Shown here: piece by piece, positions 11,708-22,722 of the stretch
Numbering within the stretch: position 1 is the stretch's first letter
Layout of the letters: each line of letters starts with the position of its first letter
Origin: Phyllosticta citribraziliensis
Lineage: Eukaryota
DNA: 64,000 nucleotides
NCBI RefSeq assembly: GCF_038025025.1
Contig: NW_027117338.1
Span: 2,418,001 to 2,482,000, forward strand
Direction: 5' to 3'
Translations under genes and position numbers: made by a program
The notes under the pieces: generated by a model
What the model saw: the letters and a program-made list of their open reading frames with translations, nothing else
What the model was told of the DNA's origin: nothing
The model's database searches: none

Positions 11708-12078
11708 GGGATGAGCGGAGAGGGGGTCGGACGTGTGGCGTTTTCGAGGTGTCGTTGGGGTAGGGCGGGTGTGGCTGCACTGCGCCGCAAGCAGATGCGC
11801 TTACCCAAGGAGGTCGAGTCTTCCATGGCCAAGAGGAGGGTGGGTGGTATATGTTGCGAGGTGATGTGTATTCGAAACTTGAAAGAACGGAGTGCAGCGC
11901 AGGTGGTCTGGCGGCTTTGAAGTACGACGATGTCCCTGGAGCATTGGGCTTGAAAGCAAAGAGGTAGGGAATGGCTCCGCGGAGATGGTGAAATGGGGGA
12001 AGTGAGTGGCAGAAATGGCTGAAGGACCGGGGCTTGGTACCTAGCAACAAGGGACCCCCCAATCAGTACTCGATGCTT

Positions 12079-12163
12079 GAATGCTCCCCGTCAGTCGCAG
12101 TCGCAGCGTAGGAATGCTCCCTGTTAGTCGCCGGTACAGGGCATGAATGCTCCCTATCAGTCG
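12079..12163 (-). repeat. 33-bp-period array B (19-bp conserved part plus 14-bp variable part)
   Basis: GAATGCTCCCYRTYAGTCG at 12079, 12112 and 12145, separated by CAGTCGCAGCGTAG and CCGGTACAGGGCAT. Confidence 0.85.
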
Positions 12164-13177
12164 TGAAGTACATGACGGTACGGGAGCCTTGGACGTAAGA
12201 TGTACGGTAGTGGCTGAGTGTCATCTGACGAGGCCTGCTGAGACAGCTGGAGCGGAGCAGGACAAAGGAAGGGCACTGCAGTGTGGGCGGCGTTGCACTG
12301 CCTATTCGAGGATTGGAAAAGAGGTGAGAGAGGTGCGAGAGGTGCGAGACAGGGGGCACCCACCTCACGCTTGCACCTTCTGGCTTGAGGATGGGCGCGC
12401 GGCCAATCAGGGCGTGGGCGTGGCAGCACAGCGCGACGGGCGGGCGCTCAACCCAGCGACGACGTCTTCCCCGCAATTGGCGACGGAATGGGCATGCCCA
12501 CGCGAACTGGAACGCTCCCCCTGTCTGGCCGCGCCCTACGACACTGCACTGCGGGCGGGTGTTGGTGAGTGAGTGAGTGAGTGACTGAGTGTTGTTGTTG
12601 TTCCATGTCGTCTCATGGCGCCGCCGTCGCACGTCACCGAGTGCCGTCAAGTCGAACCCAAGGTACGACTCAGTCCGTCGGCCTGCAAAAGTCGGCGGAG
12701 GCGCCCCGAGGAGCTGCCATTAGGTAATTGGAGCAGGCCCTGGTGCCCTTAAGCGTTCGCAGCACCCTCGCTCGCGCACATTCGTCGTTGACTAACAGTT
12801 AAATATCTGCTCCCACGCGGCTGGGCGACCGCCCTCTCTGCTCTGGCCCTGGCCCTCGTGGACGCAACTTGGGTGCCCTTCCATACCTTACCTTACCACA
12901 GACCGTTGCCGACTACCTCTTCCTGACCTATACCTTACACACACCTTGGTAGCTCAGGCCATGTCCTCCGCCTGCCATCCCCCTCTTCCACTGCTCCTCT
13001 AATATCTCTCCTCTCTCTTCTTCTCCCTGCTCTGCTCTGCCCATCCACCCCCGCAGACACTGTGCTGTCAACGACTGGACTCCCTCCTGTCCCGCTCCGC
13101 TCTGCGCTGCTCTGCTTCCCTCTCCAACTCTGCTCCCGCCGTCTGCCACCCTCCCAGCCTCGAATCCTCCACTCCGC

Positions 13178-14370
13178 ATGCAAGACAGAAAAGTCGTCGT
13201 TACCATCAACAGCACCGGCCGCCAATCGGCAAGCTTCATCCGCGTCGCCGCAGCCGTCGGATGGCATGTCCGCGCCCAAACCCGCGACAAGCAGGGCATT
13301 GTAGCACAGGAGCTGGACACTACCCCCGGCGTCGACCTCCGAATAGGATCTCTGGACGACTCGCGCTTCGTCGCTGACCTCTTCCATGGCGCCCAGCTCG
13401 CCTTCGTCAACACGACCCACTGGGGCGACGAGATTGCTACCGGCCGCGCCATGGCGAATGCTGCCAAAAGGGCTGGCATAGAGCATCTCATCTACAGCAG
13501 CATGCCCGACCACTCCATCTACCAAGGCCACAACTGGAGAGCCCTGCCCTTCTGGGCCCAAAAGTTTGCCGTCGAAAACTACATCCGCCAAATCGGCATT
13601 CCGGCCACCTTTGTCTACGCAGGCACCTACCACAACAACTTCACCAGCCTGCCGTACCCGCTTTTCCGCATGGAGCTCAAGGACGATGGCAGCTTTGAGT
13701 GGCAGGCGCCCTTCCACCCGCACATTCCCATTCCGTGGCTGGACGCCGAGCACGACGTGGGACCCGCAATCTTGCAAATCTTTAAACAGGGTCCGAGAAA
13801 ATGGGCAGGCCATCGGTACGTAGTGCGCACCCGCAGCCTCAGACAGGGATCCGCTTGCGGCTTGGATCCTTCCTTTTTTCCTTTTGTCGCCAAGAATCTG
13901 AACCGTTGGTCGCTCTGCGCATTCGGGAATCCGCTAACTCAAGCCACAGGATCCCGCTAGCGTTTTCGCAGCTCACACCGGTCCAAGTTTGCGAGGCCTT
14001 TAGCCGTGCGCTCAATCGCTCTGTCCGCTACGTCCGAGGACCCATTTCCATCGAAGTGCCAGTCCCGGCCGGCTATCGCGAGCATCTAGAGATTCTCGAG
14101 GAGACGCTGGGTTGGAAATGTGCGCCCTACTTTGGTCCCGACCTGGAACCCGACTGCACTCGCGAGGCTCTCGACCTGTGGGAAGGTTTCCGGGACATCG
14201 AGGAGTACGCGCGCGAAATCTTTCCCGTCGAAGAAAGGGCGAACGGTCTGACGTGGATGGACGAGGATGACGCCACGGATGGACAACCGGAGCCCGACGA
14301 TGTGTCCTCGGAGCCGACTTCGGAACCTCCAGCCCGAGACTCTCAAATCTTTCAGATTATGAACTTATGA
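13178..14370 (+). CDS. nmrA: Nitrogen metabolite repression regulator NmrA/NMR-1
   Basis: TGRQSASFIRVAAAVG, IYSSMPDHS, NNFTSLPYPLF, PWLDAEHDVGPAILQIFK and EEYAREIFPVEE closely match Aspergillus NmrA as I recall it. Intron 13816-13949. Confidence 0.93.
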
Positions 14371-14887
14371 GCTACATGCATGGCTGGCTAATTTTTTTTT
14401 GCATTGCGTTGGCGTTCAATGTGCGGCATAAAAAAATGGGCGGGTAAGATATCAACTGCGTGTGATGCAGAAACTTCGGCAAAAAAAGAATAATACGTCG
14501 AGATTCATAAAAGCATTCGAGGCATTGATTGTCTTTTCCCCATGGTTTGATTCAGATAGCTCGAAGCTCTACTCTTGTCGACAAGCTGGTTGGAATTCGA
14601 TTTGCTTGTGGTGACCTGCACGCCGAGCGTGTCGGTGGCTTGATGTTAGACGTCATTTGCATCAGACTGGAAGGAACTTGTGGGATTGAAGTTGGTCTAG
14701 TTGAAGTAATTCTTTAATCTCAATTAAGAGTATTTCGGTTCCTGGTGCATCACTGTCCAGGCAGAGTTTCTACTGGTTGCCAAGCCCATGTTGTCCGCGG
14801 AGGTCAGGGCTTAGTCATCTCTTCAACACCAGGGCGCGCATCTCGGAGACATCGCGGAAGAATCGCCATCCTCCGCAACCACCCACA

Positions 14888-15729
14888 ATGGCAACCTTGC
14901 GGACCAGCATGCGGCCATTGTCCGTCTGGAAGGCGGCGATGCGCCAGGCGCGGTGCACCAAAGTCCAGCAACGGGGCAAGGCAACGTGGGCGATCGAGCA
15001 GCCGACATTGCAAAGTCTACCGGACCACATACTCTTTCCCAGAGTCAAGCACAGGAACGGCCTCTCCAGTCAGTGAGCTCACGCCACAAGCCAGCGACAC
15101 GCCAATTGACACAATCGCGCAGAGAAAACCGGAAAGCAAGAATACAAGCCGATCACAACGTACCCGCCGCCACCGACCGCGCTCGCCAAATGCAAAGACC
15201 CCGTGAGCCTCGTTGAGCAGCGACAAATCGCCATCCTGGATCCCAAGGGCGCGCGCGCGCTCCTGTTCGACAAGCAGAACAAGGACGCGGTGCGCGTCGG
15301 CGACATCGTGCTGGTGCGGCAGAAGAACGGCGAGCCTTTTTCGGGCGTCTGCCTCAACATCCGGCGGCAGGGCCTGCACACGGCCATGTTGCTGCGCAAC
15401 CACGTCACCAGGGTCGGCGTCGAGATGTGGTTCAAGATTTACAGCCCCAACGTGACGGCAATTGAGGTGGTGCAGCGGGCGAAGAAGAGGGCGAGGAGGG
15501 CCAGGTTATACTACTTGCGGTACGTTTATTGCTCGGCGCCGCTGACGCGCTGCGCGATTCTTTGGAGCTGTGAAGCTGATTGATGTGATGCAGGCAACCG
15601 AAGCATGATCCGGGCTCTGTCGACAACATTGTTCGGTCGTACCTCAAGAGGGCTTCCGGTGCCACCAAGCCTGGCAGTAGGTCTGGCAGTTTTGAGGGCA
15701 GGAACCAGAAGAAGAGCAAGAAGAGGTAA
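14888..15729 (+). CDS. Mitochondrial ribosomal protein bL19m (Img1-like)
   Basis: Arg-rich presequence. Introns 15069-15122 and 15520-15593. L19 core VGDIVLV...FSGVCL...LRN...GVEMWFKIYSP...RARRARLYYLR. Confidence 0.9.
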
Positions 15730-16633
15730 AGCGGGCGGCTTCTGGCGTTTACGGACACGAGGGTTGGCAGGGAAGGAAACTGGAAAATTAGAGGCGGACA
15801 TGCATCGTCTGTATGAGTGCTGGCCTACTGGGATCATGTTGATATGGCGGCATTGGAAAGAGCTCAAAACATGGACAATGGAAGACGTTTGACCAGAGAT
15901 AGGTGCGGGGACTGACAAGATCAACATCTTACCGGCTTGACATGTCGTGATAGACTACCAATCACAGCTACCAATGTGTATGAAGAACTAAACAATCAGC
16001 CATATATTCACGAGATGACAAATCTCAGAAATGTCAGATATCCTTGGCCTTGATGCTGGCGGTGCTATCAGTTCCGAGTCGGGTGGAAGCGCTAGTCCCC
16101 CTGTAGTCGTGATCGTGCGCTAGACTAGCTTCTAGACGTATCCAAACTTTCCGTAGCTGAGGCTCTGGGGCGGATAAGCGGCGGTTGGCGGCGGAAATCC
16201 CCCGCATCCATCTAAAGTACATAGTGTTCCCTTCCTCCGAACCCTGCTCTGCCAACACGTTCAGCGGCTGGCAGATTAGATCTCAACGCTTTGCTGATGC
16301 TCCACCAAGCTTCCTGATGACCAAGTAGAAAGCGCCAATTGATTTGGAGCACATTACGACCAGTTTGAATACGAGGTGTCAAGTGAGAGCACCAACACAG
16401 GAGCAACAGTGCGGAGGCAGAAGGAGGTCCGAGTCATTTTCGAGTGGACGATGACGGAATCACTTCACATCCGAGTCATTGCTGGTCACAAATCCTAGCT
16501 TCTCGCATCCCAACATTTTTGCTCGCGCGCGTCTAGGTTCCTCCGCAACCTAACCTTAAAAGGTCCCTGAGCTTCGTCGCCCTTCCTTCAGACACCAGAA
16601 TCGGCGCACAGCCTACGACAACCCATTGCCAAA

Positions 16634-17781
16634 ATGCCTGACGTATCCGTTTCCGACGTCACCTATGAGGACCTTGCTCAGCTTGAGCAAGAGTTTGACG
16701 ATGCCGAGCTCCAGACCCGTAAGTCTAACCAAATTGTGCGCGCGAATGCTAGGACGCTTTCTGACTGGGAATGCTGCAGTCCGCGAGCAACACAAGATCT
16801 ACGCGCCTCTGTACAAGAAGCGCCAGGAAGTAGTGGCCAAGATTCCCAGCTTCTGGGCCCTCGTCCTGGAGCAGGCACCCACCGAGTTCGAAAACTACAC
16901 GACGCCCTCGGACTCGCAAGTGTTTGCCGACGCACTAAAGAGCATCGAGGTCGAGCGCTTCGAGATCGACGACCCCAATGGCTCCCCGCGCAGCGTCGCC
17001 ATCCGGTTCCACTTCGACTCCAATGAGTACTTTGAGGACAAGGTGCTGGAGAAGAAGTTCTGGCACCGGCGCGCGCTCGACGGCTGGAGCGGCATCGTGT
17101 CGGAGCCCGTCAAGATCAGCTGGAAGAAGGGCAAGGACCTGACGCAGGGCCTGACGGACGCCGCCGCCGCCCTCTTCGCCGCCCGCAAGAAGCAGGACGC
17201 CGCGCAGAACGGCAGCTCCAACGGCCAGTCCAAGGCCAGCAAGATCGCCAAGCTGCCCGAGTACAAGGCCATCATCGACAAGATCGAGAACAACACCGAG
17301 GCCGCGCTCAGCTTCTTCACCTGGTTTGGCTTCGTCTCGTCCCACGGCTACGTCACTGCCGAAGAGTCGGCCGAGGCCAGCAAGAAGGAGGCCGAGAAGC
17401 GGGCCAAGAGGGCCAACGGCGAGAAGGTTGAAGACGAAGACGTTGACGAGAAGGACGACGAAGAGGACTTTTTCGACGAGTCCGAGATCTGCCCCAGCGG
17501 TGAGGAAGTTGCCGAAATCATCGTCAACGAACTGTGGCCTCAAGCCATCAAGTACTTCAGTAAGTCATCTTGACACGTCCAATCCAGAAGCTTGGGCTAA
17601 CCCACCCGCAGCCGCGGCTCAAGAGGCAGACGACGACGACCTCTCGGAGCTCGAGGACGCCGACCTTGACGACGAGGACGATGACGACGAGCCAGTCGAC
17701 ATCCGCAGCCTCGTCCCCGGCAAGGGCAAGAAGGAGAACGGCAGCAGCGCCTCGCCGCCCCCCAAGAAGCGCCGCACTTGA
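16634..17781 (+). CDS. NAP-family histone chaperone (Vps75/SET-like)
   Basis: PLYKKRQEVVAKIPSFW, FHFDSNEYF, ISWKKGKDLT, SFFTWF and ELWPQAIKYF, then an acidic tail and C-terminal PPKKRRT NLS. Introns 16719-16779 and 17560-17611. Confidence 0.92.
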
Positions 17782-18348
17782 GCAAAACGCAACCTCTAGC
17801 GGCACAGCAGCAAGTCCTTCATGACGACGACAACCAAAGATACCCGGGGAGTGCAAGATGAACGAAATAGCTCAGGAAAGTGAGTAGGGACCGTTAGGCA
17901 AGGAATCATGGAGTGGCTAGTACATTGAGACTCAGCAACACGATTGATTTCTCTGGCTGGACGTGAATGGCGCTTTAGACTCGCCATTTGTGCCTTTTCT
18001 CAGGGGGGTTGACTTGAATAGAATCGAATTGTGCGAAGCACAAGCATTAGAAGAGTGCCTCGCCATCCCATGTTGTGTTTTGAAGCTGTTCGCCTGCGTT
18101 CAATGAGAGCAAGCCAAACATTGAAGCTGCAAAGCTTCCCTTCTCACCTGCCTGTGTCGACAGACAGACGTCTAGGCCTCTCATGATTCGTTCCTACACA
18201 TTCCCTTCTTCAGTTTGTTTCAAGCCGAGCTCGACATGGAGCCGCAAAAGATGACGTCATCAATGCCGTCCGTCCAGCGGCATGTCATCCGTGGCTGCAT
18301 TGATGTGTCTATCCAGTGCACACAACGAAACAGCAGAGCTCACTTGCA

Positions 18349-18535
18349 GGGAATCATTCAATGGCCTGGGGCAGGACATCTTTCACGAGCATTATGATGG
18401 CCTGCTTGATACTAGGGAGCATTCCTACACACACCCACTGCATGTCGCCAAGACACATCCAAGTGCAGCCACTGCGTCGTGCTGGGGAGCATTCATCACG
18501 TCCAACACCAAGTACTGAGGAGCATTCATGCGCCA
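18349..18535 (+). repeat. Degenerate GGAGCATTC array C
   Basis: GAGCATTC at 18417, 18487 and 18520 (last two 33 bp apart), with degenerate cores near 18352 and 18387. Confidence 0.7.
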
Positions 18536-19250
18536 CTCCTCTCCTCTTCCACGCATCCGTCTCTTACAGTCTTCCTTGGAACGAAGCATCCAAACACCCC
18601 CGCAAAGACCATAAACCTAGGATCACCTCCCAAAAAAAAAAAAAAAAAAAAGTCGGGCCAAGCCGCTTCTCAAAAATCCACCAACCACCAACCCAAGGGA
18701 GCATGACCTTAGCCTTCGCATGGCAAAATCACTCGCCTAAGCGGCCGCAATGCACCGAGTCGAGTAGCGTCGAGTGGACGGAACGGTGCAAGCGGGCACG
18801 GCAGACGGGGCAAGCGGGCGGGCGGGGGCAAGGAAGCAGCAGCGCAAGTGCCTTGGCCACGAGCCGAAAAGGGACAATACGCAGCGGCGGACGTGCCTAT
18901 TGGACGAACGACCGGGGAAAAAGGCAGGGATGCGGTATAGTGCCTAATTCTCGTTTGCTTGGCTGGCTGGCTGGGTCCCGGGGGTTCGGGCGTTTGGTGG
19001 GTGAGGTGGTGTATATATGGTGTGTTTGCGCCTGTTGTGGACGCGGGAGGGCGCTGAGTGAGTGAGTGAGTAAGCGGCGACTCACTGGACTGACTGATTG
19101 ACTGCTGCTGCACTGGCTGATTCTTTCTCGCAGGAGGAAGGTAGATTCGCGGCTTTGAAGAGCTTGGCTGCCAGTTCGAGGTGGCACTGCTTTTACGTGG
19201 AGTAAGAGGTAAAAAGAGAAAGGAAAAGAAAAGAAATTACATATCCAGTC

Positions 19251-21032
19251 ATGTCGCCGTCCACCACCTCTCCTCTATCCATACTCTCCTCCACGGTGCT
19301 CCTCCTCACCATCTCCTCACGCCTCCAACCAGCACTCGCCCAAGGAGCATCCAACGCCCTGACTTTCGGCGACACGCCGCCCGGCTACACTTTCGCGACG
19401 TACGACTACAAAGCGGCCAGCTCCCCGCGTCCTGCCAGCCCGGCCGAGTACTCCAACGATGCCCTCGCCGTCCTATGGGACCAATTAGGGCCCATCACGC
19501 TTGGGCCCGTCAACTCGGTGCAAGAAGCGGGAGCCGACGCAGACAGCGCACGCTTCGCGCAGCCGGGCGTGCTGCACGGCTACGTGCCCAGCTACGTACG
19601 AAGCGTCGAGACGGCCAAGCTGCCCGGGAGCTTCGTGTGGGGGGTGGCAGCGTCGGCGTACCAGATCGAGGGCGCGGCCGACGCCGAGGGCAAAGGGCCG
19701 TCGGTCTGGGACCTGCTGGCGCACCGAGGAGCAGTCGTGGCCGACAACACGACGGGCGACGTGGTTGCGAGCCACTACTGGCTGTACAAGCAGGACATTG
19801 CGCGCATGAAGGCGCTGGGCATTCCTGCCTTTTCGCCGTCGTTCAGCTGGCCGCGCTTCTTCCCATTTGGCCGCGGGCCCGTCAATGAGGAGGCCGTCAG
19901 ACATTACGACGATGTGGTGAGGGAGATGGTGCGCGCGGGCATTGCGTTGCACGTCGCCTTGTTCCACTGGGACATGCCGCTGGCGCTTTTCAACGAATAT
20001 GGCGCGTGGGTCGATCGCAAGGTCATTGACGACTTTTTCAACTACGCAAAGTTTGTCATTAGCAGGTACGATCGCTACGTCGACACGTGGTACACCTTCA
20101 ACGAGCCTCAGTATTGCAACTGGCAGTTTAGTGTATACCCGAGGGGCGATCTCTTGCCGGTCTTCAACAACTTTACCGGAGGGACTCCCACGAGATTCAT
20201 CTGCAGTCACTTGACGCTGCTTGCCCATGCCAAGGTCGCCAAGTGGTATAAAGAGGAGTTCAAGGGTCGCGGTCGGATTACGTTCAAGAACAGCGGGAAC
20301 TATGGCGAGCCCAACAGCACGTCCGAGGGAGATCGCATCGCCGTTCAGCGTAGCCAGGACTTTACTTTGGGTGTCTTTGGTGGACCCTGGACTGACGGCG
20401 ACTACCCGCAAAGTGTCAAGGAGACTTTGGGGGACATTCTGCCGACGCTGACGCAGGAGGAAAAGGATATGATCAAGGGATCTTGCGATTTCTTTGCCAT
20501 TGATGGGTATAGCTCATACACGGCCTACGAGACGCCCGGCGGCGTCGAGGCGTGCCAATCAAATCAGAGCAATCCTGCTTGGCCCGAATGCCACGGACAA
20601 ACTTCTGTTGGACCGGACGGATTCATCTTGGGGCCACCCGGAGACCAACACGTGTCGTGGCTGGTCAACGCGCCAGTAGGCCTTCGCAGATACCTGAACC
20701 AGATCACGAAGGAGCTCTTTCCCGCCGTCAAGGACATTGTGGTGACGGAATTCGGGTTTGCAGAGCCGTTTGAAAACGACTGGCCTCGCAGATCGCCAGC
20801 GCTCTGGGACTTGCGGCGCGCAGACTATTTTCAGGGCTACCTGGACAACATCCTGGCGGCAGTCGTCGAAGACGGCGTCAACGTGACTGGAGCGTGGGGC
20901 TGGGCCTTGTACGACAATTTCGAGTGGTTCGAAGGCCTTTCGACGCGGTTTGGGCTGCAGTACGTCAATTATACGGATCTGACGCGGACGCCCAAAGCAA
21001 GCATGTTTCAATTTCTCAACTGGTTCAAGTGA
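19251..21032 (+). CDS. Secreted glycoside hydrolase family 1 (beta-glucosidase/beta-hexosyltransferase-like)
   Basis: Intronless 593-aa ORF with an N-terminal hydrophobic signal. Motifs FVWGVAASAYQIEG, FHWD, TFNEP (acid/base), VTEFG (nucleophile) and DNFEW...RFGL. Confidence 0.95.
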   Translation: MSPSTTSPLSILSSTVLLLTISSRLQPALAQGASNALTFGDTPPGYTFATYDYKAASSPRPASPAEYSNDALAVLWDQLGPITLGPVNSVQEAGADADSARFAQPGVLHGYVPSYVRSVETAKLPGSFVWGVAASAYQIEGAADAEGKGPSVWDLLAHRGAVVADNTTGDVVASHYWLYKQDIARMKALGIPAFSPSFSWPRFFPFGRGPVNEEAVRHYDDVVREMVRAGIALHVALFHWDMPLALFNEYGAWVDRKVIDDFFNYAKFVISRYDRYVDTWYTFNEPQYCNWQFSVYPRGDLLPVFNNFTGGTPTRFICSHLTLLAHAKVAKWYKEEFKGRGRITFKNSGNYGEPNSTSEGDRIAVQRSQDFTLGVFGGPWTDGDYPQSVKETLGDILPTLTQEEKDMIKGSCDFFAIDGYSSYTAYETPGGVEACQSNQSNPAWPECHGQTSVGPDGFILGPPGDQHVSWLVNAPVGLRRYLNQITKELFPAVKDIVVTEFGFAEPFENDWPRRSPALWDLRRADYFQGYLDNILAAVVEDGVNVTGAWGWALYDNFEWFEGLSTRFGLQYVNYTDLTRTPKASMFQFLNWFK

Positions 21033-21164
21033 GTGGTCGATGAGTAGCTGAAGATTGTGCTGACAAGTCGTGACAGGGAGCATCTGCCTGGTGTCAATGT
21101 AGCGTAGTGGTAGACAAGCATTCCAGCTCCTAGTTGCAGGTGAAATTCGAACATCCCATAGTTG

Positions 21165-21260
21165 CGCCTAGGGAGCATTCATCTGCTATTACAGTGACGC
21201 CTAGGGAGCATTCATCTGCCATGACAGTGACGCCCAGAGAGCAGTCGTCTGCCATCACAA
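21165..21260 (+). repeat. 33-bp-period array D (best-preserved tandem)
   Basis: gagcattcatctgctattacagtgacgcctagg at 21173, gagcattcatctgccatgacagtgacgcccaga at 21206 and gagcagtcgtctgccatcac at 21239. A further gggagcat core lies at 21076. Confidence 0.9.
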
Positions 21261-22722
21261 ACGCGGCTAAGCAGCTGTGGTTTGTTGCCGCAGCTAGACC
21301 CGGGAGCCTGGGTCTTTTTCTTCGACACCCGCCACGATGGGAGTAATCTTGTGGGTCACTGCTATTGGCAGTCAGTCTCGGCGGACTGGTGTCGGTCCAT
21401 AGCGTAGCGAGGAGGAACAATGAAAAGACCGGAGAACAACCAAAGGCCTGGCCTGACGGGTAATACAGGCTGAAGGTGACGACGGGTGCCTGACGAAATC
21501 GGAGTTGTCCAGCTAAGCAGCTGTGAGATGACATGGCCAGCTGATAAGTGGCGAGCGACCTGACGCAAGGAGTGGGCAACTGGGGTCACGGGCTCGGCCG
21601 GTGGTGGGAACAGTCGGCGGCCATGGCGATGGCGATGGACGGAACTGAAGCGTATGTAGACGGGCGGCAGCAGTAGGTGCAGGCGCTAAGGTGGATGGTT
21701 TGGAGCGGGCAGAGGTTCGGTTGCCATGTCAGGTCGTCGTCGAGTCTGTCTTATCGCGAGGCCCCACAGCCGCCCAAGGTAGGGCACCTGGCAGCATCCA
21801 TGGATCGGCTTGGTGAGCGTCCATCAGATGACGAGCTTCGCAAAGTGAACCGAAGAGGCGCTCCACGGCGGAATGGATGGACGTAGGTGACATGCTAAGT
21901 AGACATGCTGCAGCAGAGTAATGTATGTCGAGAGCTGCTGCATCACCTCCCCACGACTTACGCTTCCGGGCTTAGGCCAAGACGTCCCGCACGACCTGCC
22001 CCAAGCTGCGGTGCCGACCTCACCTCACCTCTTCGTCTCCAAACCACTCCATCTCACCAGTCCCGATCCTGCTGGCGCCAACTCATTCTTTTCCACCCTG
22101 AGCTTGTTCCTCTTCTGCTCCCCGCCGTCCGCCGCTCCGCTTCCTGCATACCAACAAGTCCCTGCCCGTCAAACGTCATCCGAGTGGAAGCGCTCCTCAG
22201 TACCCACCTTACCAACCGCACTTCCGCACTCCTCCATCGCCGCCGCCGCCGCCTAGTCTTGCCGCATCTCCTCTACAGCAACCAGCCAAGCTTGCTGCAG
22301 CTTTGCGTCTCCGTTGTTAGCTCGTTTCCAACTCCACCGCCGTCTGGCTGCCCGCTCCACGACCGACTCCGTGCGGGAGGCGTTCAGTATCACTGCAACG
22401 CCTCGCACGACCTCAAAGGCCCTTCGACCTGGCCGACGAAACTCCCCCTCACCATCCAAACCTGCACGCCTCCGCCTCCCAAGCCGAATCACGTCCGGAA
22501 CTATCCTCGCACGCGGCACTCCTAGCACCACCCTCTCTCGGAGGGGCTCCATCCCACCCCGCGAGATCCACGCCTCTGAATACCTCGTCTTCGCCCTCTT
22601 CGTCCACCATCAAGCGCACACGAAGTGTATCGCCAGGCTCTTTTGGGCTGCCAACCTATAACCAACTCATATCGGGCGAGGCCTCCCGCGGGCCGAAGCG
22701 CAGGCGCAAGGACGAACACACC

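Noticed and set aside
12079..12163. CRISPR array call
   Set aside because: Eukaryotic context, only three repeats, 14-bp spacers, imperfect repeats and no cas genes. Reported as a repeat instead.
12961..13002. 13-codon uORF upstream of nmrA
   Set aside because: It lies upstream of the CT-rich tract that usually precedes fungal transcription starts, so it is probably outside the mRNA.
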